A stretch of DNA of 31,783 bases from an uncultured Candidatus Saccharibacteria bacterium (lineage in GTDB: Bacteria > Patescibacteriota > Minisyncoccia > UBA6257): assembly GCA_964647525.1 (NCBI GenBank), contig CAZYGB010000001.1, forward strand, positions 1 through 31,783, in the 5' to 3' direction. This document shows positions 1-6,757 of the stretch, one piece after another (within the stretch, counting starts at the first letter, position 1; every line of letters starts with the position of its first letter). The position numbers and the translations under genes were made by a program. The notes under the pieces were generated by a model. That model was not told the DNA's origin. It searched no databases and worked only from the letters and a program-made list of their open reading frames with translations.

Positions 1-2
1 AT

Positions 3-266
3 CGTTTGCGTAAGTTGACCGGGTATGAAACTGGGTCGGAAGCATTTGGAAAGAGTAAGTTGCATATCAAGGGTGCGGCGGCGACAAATGTAGATGATGA
101 CTTTAACGAAGCGGTAAAATTTTTGACTATGGCAGTTGATCGCTTTCGTAACGAAAAGAGTCATACATCTGACGCAAAAATAGATGATCCGATTCGTGCT
201 TATGAATATTTGAGATTGAGTAGTCTTGCAATGAATTTGCTCGATAATTCCGAAATTTTGCAATAA
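3..266 (+). CDS. 3' part of a TIGR02391/Ymh-like HEPN-domain protein (truncated by window edge)
   Basis: Frame is open from the window start. It contains RNEKSH (HEPN R-x4-H motif) followed by AYEYLRLSSLAMNLLD, like the C-terminal helix of that family. Confidence 0.6.
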   Translation, partial: RLRKLTGYETGSEAFGKSKLHIKGAAATNVDDDFNEAVKFLTMAVDRFRNEKSHTSDAKIDDPIRAYEYLRLSSLAMNLLDNSEILQ

Positions 267-293
267 AATAAATAATTTTTCTAGAGGTTTTTA

Positions 294-341
294 TATTGAG
301 CCAAAAAGGTTCCAATATCGTTCCATAGCCCCAGCCAGTTT
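294..341. repeat. Cassette-boundary repeat copy 1 (att-like)
   Basis: 302-335 matches 2050-2083 at 31/34 nt; 294-337 matches 4130-4173 at 36/44 nt without gaps. Confidence 0.85.
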
Positions 342-380
342 ACGATTTTAGTGTTTTGTCCCTTTGTTTTGTGTTCTGGT

Positions 381-408
381 TTGGAGATGAATTATTTTTA
401 ATTACACT
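381..408 (+). promoter_or_regulatory. Possible sigma70 promoter for the ydcF-like gene
   Basis: TTGGAG-N16-TACACT between repeat copy 1 and the GTG at 423; weak consensus match. Confidence 0.35.
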
Positions 409-422
409 AATCATATAAAAAT

Positions 423-986
423 GTGAAACAAAAAGAAATCAAAAAAATAACAAATTATATTTTTTTAAAATCTAACCCTCAGAGACAGAAAGCTGATTTG
501 GCTTTAGTTTTTGGCACTTGTCATCCAGAAGCCATAAATAAAACCTATGAATTATACCGGGATAAATTTGTTAACAAGATTTTAATAAGCGGTGGCGTTA
601 ACAGAGTTACCAGTGAAAATGAAGCATTAAAAATGAGTAGAAAATTAATAGATTTAGGCGTTAAACAACAAGATATTATTTTAGAAGACAAATCGACTAA
701 TTCTTTAGAAAATGTTTTGTTTTCAAAAAAAGTTATTGACGAAAAATTTGGTTTTAATAATATTAAAAAGATTATTGCCATTGTTAAGCATTATCATTCG
801 CGACGAGCGTTAATGACATTAAAAAGATATTTTCCCAAGAACATAGAATTAATTCCAGTAACTTATAAGATTTATGGTTTTACAAAAGATAATTGGTTTG
901 AAAATGATATTGGTAAAGAAAAGGTTATTGGTGAATTTGAAAAAATATCAAAATATTTAGACAAGGGAGACATTGAGGAACTATAG
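423..986 (+). CDS. YdcF/DUF218 family protein
   Basis: Motifs ADLALVFG, ILISGG, SEA..M, IILEDKSTNSLEN and YHSRRA are typical of DUF218. Confidence 0.85.
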   Translation: MKQKEIKKITNYIFLKSNPQRQKADLALVFGTCHPEAINKTYELYRDKFVNKILISGGVNRVTSENEALKMSRKLIDLGVKQQDIILEDKSTNSLENVLFSKKVIDEKFGFNNIKKIIAIVKHYHSRRALMTLKRYFPKNIELIPVTYKIYGFTKDNWFENDIGKEKVIGEFEKISKYLDKGDIEEL

Positions 987-1036
987 ATGTTTAAACCTTT
1001 AATTCAATTTTTTAATTTTCTGCACGTCTTTTTTAA

Positions 1037-1136
1037 AATAGATTCTAACATCGTTCCAGAGGGCCAGCAGTCTAGTTTTTTTATTGAGAGATCAAGATAC
1101 ATCAAAATAGCCAAAGAGGCAATTTTTTGGTAGAAT
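1037..1136. repeat. Cassette-boundary repeat copy 2 with promoter-bearing right flank
   Basis: Core AACATCGTTCCA...CCAGC; 1047-1136 aligns to 4150-4240 at about 66/91 nt with one gap. Confidence 0.75.
1108..1136 (+). promoter_or_regulatory. Sigma70 promoter, probably giving a leaderless mRNA
   Basis: TAGCCA-N17-TAGAAT; the ATG at 1143 is 6 nt after the -10 element. Confidence 0.6.
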
Positions 1137-1142
1137 GAAAAC

Positions 1143-1721
1143 ATGAAAGTAAAAATTTTAATTATTTTAGTTGTTTTGACCGGGGTTTGGCTCGGATTGA
1201 GGTTTTTAATCAGCGAATCGCCGGCAGAGCCAATTGCCTGCACAATGGACGCAAAACTCTGTCCGGACGGTTCTTATGTAGCCAGAATTCCGCCGAAATG
1301 CGATTTTGCGCCGTGTCTGGAAACAAAAACAATAAAACTTTATTATTATAATTACGAACTGGACAAAGATGAATCAGGCAATATCGCTTGCAGTAGAAAT
1401 GGATTGGTGGCGGTTGAGAGAGAAATTCCAATAACTCAAGCGCCGATTCAGGATACCATTAAGCTTTTGCTTTCAGGCGAACTAACCGAAGAAGAAAGGA
1501 TTCAAGGAATTGATACCGAATATCCGTTGGAAGGACTTTCATTAAAAGGTGCTTCGTTGAAAGACGAAGTTTTAACACTTGAATTTAATGATCCTAACAA
1601 TAAAACAGTCGGTGGTTCTTGCCGGGTGGGCATTCTTTGGTTTCAAATTGAAGCAACAGCAAAACAATTTTCAGAAGTCCAGCAAGTCCGTTTTCTACCA
1701 GAGGAGATTTTCCAGCCGTAA
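1143..1721 (+). CDS. Membrane-anchored GerMN-domain protein with a Cys-rich CTMDAKLCPDGSYV..PPKCDFAPC motif
   Basis: N-terminal hydrophobic anchor, a four-Cys motif common in CPR surface proteins, and a GerMN-like C-terminus (GGSCRV...QIEATAKQFSEVQQV). Confidence 0.75.
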   Translation: MKVKILIILVVLTGVWLGLRFLISESPAEPIACTMDAKLCPDGSYVARIPPKCDFAPCLETKTIKLYYYNYELDKDESGNIACSRNGLVAVEREIPITQAPIQDTIKLLLSGELTEEERIQGIDTEYPLEGLSLKGASLKDEVLTLEFNDPNNKTVGGSCRVGILWFQIEATAKQFSEVQQVRFLPEEIFQP

Positions 1722-1799
1722 GAAAAACTAAAAGTAAATTATGACCAGAAATAAAAAAATCCTTAATTCAGTAATTATTGTAATTTAAAATTAAAAACC

Positions 1800-1988
1800 A
1801 TGAAAATTTTTAGAACATGGACATTTCGCTGGTGGGAGGTAAGTTTGATTAAGCTCTGCCTCATCTCACTCGGTATTTTATTGGGTCTTTATTTCAACGA
1901 CTACCTCATTGGCCTTATGTGGCTATGGTGGGGACTCTTTGTGATTACTTCAATCTACTTCATCACTCTCTTCATAAAGAAAGGGTAA
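1800..1988 (+). CDS. Small membrane protein, 62 aa, two predicted TM helices
   Basis: ATG start; hydrophobic and Trp-rich; fills the space before repeat copy 3. Confidence 0.65.
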   Translation: MKIFRTWTFRWWEVSLIKLCLISLGILLGLYFNDYLIGLMWLWWGLFVITSIYFITLFIKKG

Positions 1989-2049
1989 CGCTTGTGGTCT
2001 TTTGAAGAAAAAAATAATCAAAATTGCTTTAGAGTAATTGCTGTTTGCA

Positions 2050-2083
2050 CAAAAAGGTTCCAACATTGTTCCACAGCCCCAGC
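2050..2083. repeat. Cassette-boundary repeat copy 3
   Basis: CAAAAAGGTTCCAACATTGTTCCACAGCCCCAGC, 31/34 identical to 302-335. Confidence 0.85.
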
Positions 2084-2138
2084 TAAATGTATTTGAATTT
2101 TAGTACGTAAAATGTCATGTTTGGCGATAAAGTGATGA

Positions 2139-2167
2139 TTGATAGTTTTTGATTTTAATGTTATACT
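2139..2167 (+). promoter_or_regulatory. Sigma70 promoter for typA
   Basis: TTGATA-N17-TATACT with TG upstream of the -10. Confidence 0.65.
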
Positions 2168-2196
2168 TCCAGGGAAGATTAAAGACCGTTTCTTAC

Positions 2197-2234
2197 ATTA
2201 AAAGATGGTCCGATGACCATCTTTTAATTTTTAT
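2197..2234 (+). terminator. Perfect 14-bp hairpin plus T-tract in the typA leader (attenuator-like)
   Basis: ATTAAAAGATGGTC-CGAT-GACCATCTTTTAAT followed by TTTTAT, between the promoter and the start codon. Confidence 0.6.
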
Positions 2235-2252
2235 CGGTATACATTAGAAAAT

Positions 2253-4100
2253 ATGGAAAATACAAATATTAGAAATATTGTTATCATTGCCCATGTTGAT
2301 CACGGCAAGACAACATTGGTAGATGGCCTCTTAAAACAGACCCATACTTTTAGGGATAATCAGATGGAGATGAAGGAAACTCAGATCTTAGACAGCAATG
2401 ATTTAGAAAGAGAAAAAGGCATCACTATTTTAGCTAAAAATACAGCTATTAATTACAAAGGAGTAAAAATTAATATTATTGATACTCCTGGGCATGCTGA
2501 TTTTTCTGGGGAAGTAGAACGAGTGATAAATATGGTAGAGGGTGCTATTTTATTAGTTGATGCTGCAGAGGGGCCGTTGCCGCAAACAAAATTTGTTTTG
2601 CGTAAGGCTTTTAAGAACAATTTAAAGGTTATTTTAGTAATGAATAAAATGGATAGAAAGGACGCTATGCCTGAAGAGATGTTAAAAAAAACTGAAGAAC
2701 TATTTTTAGAGTTAGCGCAAAATGATAATCAGCTGGATTTTCCTGTCATTTATACAGTTGGCCGTGAGGGCAAAGCTTATAATGGTTTGCCTACAGCAAC
2801 GGAACTAGACGGACCAGCTGATTTAACTCCTTTACTTGATGCCATTATTAAATATATTCCTCCTCCATTAGTAGACGCTGATCAGCCATTCAAGATGATG
2901 GTTAATGCCCTTGATTTTGATACTTATAAAGGCAAATATGCTATTGGCAAAATTTACCATGGGAAAATAAATAAAGGTGATTCAGTAAATATTCTAAACA
3001 TTAATGGTAAAATTGGTTCTGGAAAAGTAGAAAATGTTTTTATTAATGAAGGATTGAAACGAATAGAGGTGTCTACAGCTTTGTCCGGAGAAATAGTATC
3101 ATTAACGGGTATTTCTGAGGTAAGGATAGGTGAAACTTTAGCTGCTCCTTCAGTAAAGGAAGCCCTGCCTTCTATTGAATTTGGTCAGCCTACCTTAAAA
3201 GTAGTCGTAGGGGTGAATACCAGCCCTTTTGCCGGTAAAGAAGGAAAATTCTCTACAGCTATGCAAATCAGTGATCGTTTAAACAAAGAAAAAGAAACAA
3301 CGGTTGGTTTAGAGATAGAGCTTAATGAAGCAGGCAGGGGATTTGTAGTAGCAGGTCGGGGAGAGTTACATTTATCTATCTTTATAGAGACATTAAGGCG
3401 AGAAGGATTTGAGTTAGAGATTTCCAAGCCCGAAGTAATTTATAAAACTATTAACGATAAGATATACGAGCCTTTTGAGGAGGTAGTGCTGGAAGTTGGT
3501 TCTGAATACATTGGTTTGATCAATAAAGAAATGACTAATCGTCATGCTGAATTAATTGATATGCGAACAGAAAATAACGGATTAACCAGGTTTCTTTATC
3601 ATATCTCCAGCAGAAACTTTTTAGGTTTTAGAAATGAAGTATTTTTGGCATCTAAAGGTACTGCAGTAATTGCCAGTCAATTTCTAGATTATTTTCCTAA
3701 AGGAGAAAAGCCTGTTGATTTGCGTACAGGAACTTTAATTTCTAGTGAAACTGGCCGAGCCAATTCTTATGGTTTAAATATAGCGCAAAAACATGGTCCG
3801 TTATTCGTTAATGCCGGGGAGCAAGTTTACGAAGGGATGACTGTGGGCATTAATAATCGCGGTAAAAATCTAGAGGTAAATATTTGTAAACCAAAGCAAC
3901 TATCGAATATGCATACTGAACATTCGGATAAGGCAATTATTTTAATTCCTCCAGTAAAATTATCTTTAGAACAGGCTTTGGACTTTATTAACGATGATGA
4001 GCTTTTAGAAGTTACTCCATTAAATATTCGTTTGAGAAAGAAGAATTTGTCAAAAATAGCAAGGGTCAGAGAACAAAGAAAACTTGTAAATAACAAATAA
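2253..4100 (+). CDS. typA: Translational GTPase TypA/BipA
   Basis: AHVDHGKTT, EREKGITI, DTPGHADF, NKMD, GRGELHL and the BipA C-terminal LSLEQAL..INDDELLEVTP..IRLRK. Confidence 0.93.
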   Translation: MENTNIRNIVIIAHVDHGKTTLVDGLLKQTHTFRDNQMEMKETQILDSNDLEREKGITILAKNTAINYKGVKINIIDTPGHADFSGEVERVINMVEGAILLVDAAEGPLPQTKFVLRKAFKNNLKVILVMNKMDRKDAMPEEMLKKTEELFLELAQNDNQLDFPVIYTVGREGKAYNGLPTATELDGPADLTPLLDAIIKYIPPPLVDADQPFKMMVNALDFDTYKGKYAIGKIYHGKINKGDSVNILNINGKIGSGKVENVFINEGLKRIEVSTALSGEIVSLTGISEVRIGETLAAPSVKEALPSIEFGQPTLKVVVGVNTSPFAGKEGKFSTAMQISDRLNKEKETTVGLEIELNEAGRGFVVAGRGELHLSIFIETLRREGFELEISKPEVIYKTINDKIYEPFEEVVLEVGSEYIGLINKEMTNRHAELIDMRTENNGLTRFLYHISSRNFLGFRNEVFLASKGTAVIASQFLDYFPKGEKPVDLRTGTLISSETGRANSYGLNIAQKHGPLFVNAGEQVYEGMTVGINNRGKNLEVNICKPKQLSNMHTEHSDKAIILIPPVKLSLEQALDFINDDELLEVTPLNIRLRKKNLSKIARVREQRKLVNNK

Positions 4101-4129
4101 TTTAATAAAACACAATAAAAGGACTTTTG

Positions 4130-4240
4130 TATTGAGGCAAATAAGATTCAACATCGTTTCATAACCCCAGCCATCCAGTTTTTTTATCAAGAGGCCGAAA
4201 TATATTAAACATTGCCAAGAAAGTGATTTTTTAGTACAAT
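4130..4240. repeat. Cassette-boundary repeat copy 4 with promoter-bearing right flank
   Basis: Left part matches copy 1 (36/44); right part matches copy 2 (about 66/91). Confidence 0.8.
4212..4240 (+). promoter_or_regulatory. Sigma70 promoter upstream of the SAM-I riboswitch and metK
   Basis: TTGCCA-N17-TACAAT. Confidence 0.7.
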
Positions 4241-4261
4241 AGTTGAAGACAATTAAATAGG

Positions 4262-4372
4262 TATTTATCAAGAGTGCAGGATAGGGAACTGACCCGGTGA
4301 TCCTGCCAGCAACCCTTAAGGGCGACTCTCTTAAGAAGGTGCTAAATTCAGTCCTAAATGGGAAAGATAAAA
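4262..4372 (+). ncRNA. SAM-I (S-box) riboswitch aptamer
   Basis: P1 TTATC(AAGAG)...GATAA, P2 with the GGG-AACTGA-CCC hairpin, GCAACC...GGTGCTAA, directly upstream of metK. Confidence 0.92.
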
Positions 4373-4404
4373 GTCATTTTTTTATTTCCTGGGGAATAAA
4401 AAAC

Positions 4405-4433
4405 AAACTCTTTCTCTTTGGGGAAGGGTTTTT
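4405..4433 (+). terminator. Riboswitch expression-platform terminator
   Basis: AAACTCTTTCTC-TTT-GGGGAAGGGTTT hairpin (with G-U pairs) and a T run; its 5' arm can instead pair with the P1 3' strand (4362-4374). Confidence 0.6.
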
Positions 4434-4451
4434 AAATTTAATTAAAAAAAC

Positions 4452-5402
4452 ATGAATGTAAGAACAGCAGAATTTGTTTCACCTAAGCATCCCGATAAAA
4501 TTTGTGATCAGATTGCAGACAGTATCCTGGATGCCTATTTAAAAAAAGACGAATATAGCCGGACAGCAATTGAGGTTATGGGAGGCCATAATTTAATAGT
4601 AATACTGGGGGAGGTTAAAAGCACTAAAGATGTTAAAGAAATCCCCATAAGGAAGATTATTGAATCTATTGTTGGGAATAATTTTAATATTAATATTCAT
4701 TTGGAAGAGCAAAGTCCTGAGATTTCCCGGGGCGTAGATATTGGAGGGGCAGGTGATCAGGGCATTATGGTTGGTTATGCCTGCAATGAAACAAAAAACC
4801 ACATGCCTTTGGAATATGAACTGGCCAGAGATTTATGCCGTAGAATTTATGAAAAATATCCCTATGACGGGAAGACACAGGTAACATTGGAAGGTAACAG
4901 GGTTTTAAAGGTTGTAGCCAGTTTTCAGAATGTAAAAACAGCTGAATTGAAAGACTTGGTTAAATCAATCATTAAATCAGAAGAATATATCATTAATCCG
5001 GGTGGAGATTGGAAAATAGGCGGTTTTGAAGCCGATTCCGGATTAACGGGGAGAAAGTTAGTGGTGGACAGCTACGGTCCCGGAGTGCTAGTGGGAGGAG
5101 GTTCTTTTAGCGGCAAGGATGCCACTAAAGTTGATAGAAGCGGAGCCTATATGGCCAGAAAGATTGCCGTTGATTATTTAAAGAAATACAAAGCTCAAGA
5201 AGTTTTAGTTAAATTAGCCTATGCTATCGGCCAGGAAGAACCTTTAATGAAATCAGTAATCATTGATGGTCAAGAAGAAGAAATAAAGGGTTATGATTTA
5301 AGGCCCAATGGTATTATAAAACTGCTGGATTTAAGGAAACCGATATATGCTCAGACCAGCCAATGGGGTCATTTTGGCAATGGTTTTAAATGGGATTGTT
5401 AA
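4452..5402 (+). CDS. metK: S-adenosylmethionine synthetase, short 316-aa form
   Basis: HPDKICDQIADSILDA, GAGDQG, DSGLTGRK, GGGSFSGKD, KVDRSGAY. Confidence 0.93.
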   Translation: MNVRTAEFVSPKHPDKICDQIADSILDAYLKKDEYSRTAIEVMGGHNLIVILGEVKSTKDVKEIPIRKIIESIVGNNFNINIHLEEQSPEISRGVDIGGAGDQGIMVGYACNETKNHMPLEYELARDLCRRIYEKYPYDGKTQVTLEGNRVLKVVASFQNVKTAELKDLVKSIIKSEEYIINPGGDWKIGGFEADSGLTGRKLVVDSYGPGVLVGGGSFSGKDATKVDRSGAYMARKIAVDYLKKYKAQEVLVKLAYAIGQEEPLMKSVIIDGQEEEIKGYDLRPNGIIKLLDLRKPIYAQTSQWGHFGNGFKWDC

Positions 5403-5455
5403 TTTCTTCATTGTTTATGATATTCATCCCATAGGATTTCTAAATAATATATTCT

Positions 5456-5484
5456 TTGACAAAAAGCAGTTAAAGTGGTATCAT
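5456..5484 (+). promoter_or_regulatory. Strong sigma70 promoter
   Basis: TTGACA-N17-TATCAT with an extended -10 TGn. Confidence 0.75.
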
Positions 5485-5541
5485 TCTTTTAGAAAAACCA
5501 GTAGTATTTTGAAAATATAATTCTTAGAGAGGAGGTAAAAA

Positions 5542-5832
5542 ATGACTAAAGGAGACATTCAACAAGCTAAAAAACTTGTTGAAAAATGGATTACGAGACT
5601 CGACTTGAATATCTCTATAGACGTTCAAGAAGGGTTCGGAAACTGCAATCGAATCGTTCTAATTCCGAACGATCTGAAAAGTTGGAAGTGTTTAATTCCA
5701 ACTTTCGTATTAAACAAACACAATCTTGAGACCCAGATTGTGAAAGAGTTAATCTTGCTACACCTAAGGTGCAGTAAGGTTAACAATGAGTCCATCGCTA
5801 TGTGGATGACTCACGTAGTAATGCAGAAGTAA
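5542..5832 (+). CDS. Hypothetical 96-aa protein, possibly a degenerate zincin-like fold
   Basis: Perfect AGGAGGT SD at 5530-5536, with its own promoter and terminator; ETQIVKELILLHL resembles a decayed HExxH helix. Confidence 0.7.
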   Translation: MTKGDIQQAKKLVEKWITRLDLNISIDVQEGFGNCNRIVLIPNDLKSWKCLIPTFVLNKHNLETQIVKELILLHLRCSKVNNESIAMWMTHVVMQK

Positions 5833-5838
5833 TCCTTT

Positions 5839-5866
5839 AAGGGCTAGATAACTCTAGCCCTTTTTT
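5839..5866 (+). terminator. Rho-independent terminator
   Basis: AAGGGCTAGA-TAAC-TCTAGCCCTT followed by a T run. Confidence 0.8.
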
Positions 5867-5924
5867 AATTAGTAAAAGTTGAATATAAGTGAGAGTTGGT
5901 TTATTATAAAGAGTATATAAAACA
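5839..5924 (+). repeat. Terminator+promoter direct repeat, copy A
   Basis: 5877-5924 is identical to 6696-6743 (48 nt) and contains TTGAAT-N17-TATTAT; the upstream hairpin is also similar. Confidence 0.9.
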
Positions 5925-5970
5925 AGATTGATATATTATATAAAAACATTAAATTTTTAATTTGAATAAT

Positions 5971-6627
5971 ATGCAGGAAACAATAGATATATTTAATGAC
6001 AAGTATGAATTCGTGGGTACAGCTAGTAAAAAAGAAGCTCACCAAAAAGGATTATGGCACAGAGTTTTTACTTGTATCCTAGTAAATCCTGAACACAAAA
6101 CTATTTTACTGCAGAAAAAGGTGCCAGGCAGCTATACATTTAATCGTCCAGATTATCTGGATGTAAGCATAGGGGGTCATTATATGGCAGGAGAATCAAT
6201 AAAAGATGGGGTAAGGGAAATAAAAGAAGAAGTAGGATTAAAAGTTCAATTTAAGGATTTAATTCCTTTGGGTGTTCGGCAAACAGCTGAAACTATATCC
6301 GAGAACTATATAGCCAATGAATTTCAGCATGTTTTTATTTATCCCATAAGAAGGAAACTGGAAGACTACATATTGAAGAATGCAGAAGTTAATGGTTTAG
6401 TCGAAATTGATATCCAAGATAGTATAGATTTGTTATTAAAACGAAAAAGACTAATTAAAGGAAGGATGTTATTTATTAAACAAAATAAACATACCCTTCG
6501 TACTATTCAAATAACAAGAAAAAACTTTGTCCCCTCTTATCTTAAAAAGGATCAGTTTTTCTTAAGATTGTTCATAGCCGCCAAAAGATATATTAATAAG
6601 GATAATGTAGATGAAATATTTATCTAG
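5971..6627 (+). CDS. Nudix hydrolase (IDI-like subfamily)
   Basis: GLWHRVFTC and Nudix box GGHYMAGESIKDGVREIKEEVG; ATG at 5971 preferred over TTG at 5962. Confidence 0.85.
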   Translation: MQETIDIFNDKYEFVGTASKKEAHQKGLWHRVFTCILVNPEHKTILLQKKVPGSYTFNRPDYLDVSIGGHYMAGESIKDGVREIKEEVGLKVQFKDLIPLGVRQTAETISENYIANEFQHVFIYPIRRKLEDYILKNAEVNGLVEIDIQDSIDLLLKRKRLIKGRMLFIKQNKHTLRTIQITRKNFVPSYLKKDQFFLRLFIAAKRYINKDNVDEIFI

Positions 6628-6657
6628 CTATTTAGCATTCAAACGACTAAAAAAATA

Positions 6658-6743
6658 AAGGGTTAGAGTAATCTAGCCCTCTTTTAATTAATAAGAGTTG
6701 AATATAAGTGAGAGTTGGTTTATTATAAAGAGTATATAAAACA
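6658..6743 (+). repeat. Terminator+promoter direct repeat, copy B (promoter for dcd)
   Basis: AAGGGTTAGA-GTAA-TCTAGCCCT hairpin, then 48 nt identical to copy A. Confidence 0.9.
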
Positions 6744-6757
6744 TAAATAAAAGGGAT

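Noticed and set aside
4160-4162. TGA at a Trp position in repeat copy 4 as a sign of stop-codon reassignment
   Set aside because: Intact genes here end in TGA (for example 20918 and 27132) and have no in-frame TGA; copy 3 has TAG at the other Trp position, consistent with decay.
294-4173. CRISPR array or classical integron attC sites
   Set aside because: Spacers are 0.7-2 kb and contain genes; the repeats are degenerate and non-palindromic; no cas or intI gene and no attC R-box ends are visible.
127-4271. Short minus-strand ORFs 127-315, 1004-1243 and 4050-4271 as real genes
   Set aside because: They overlap real genes and cross the repeats in a frame different from the conserved WLGLWND frame; no recognisable domains.
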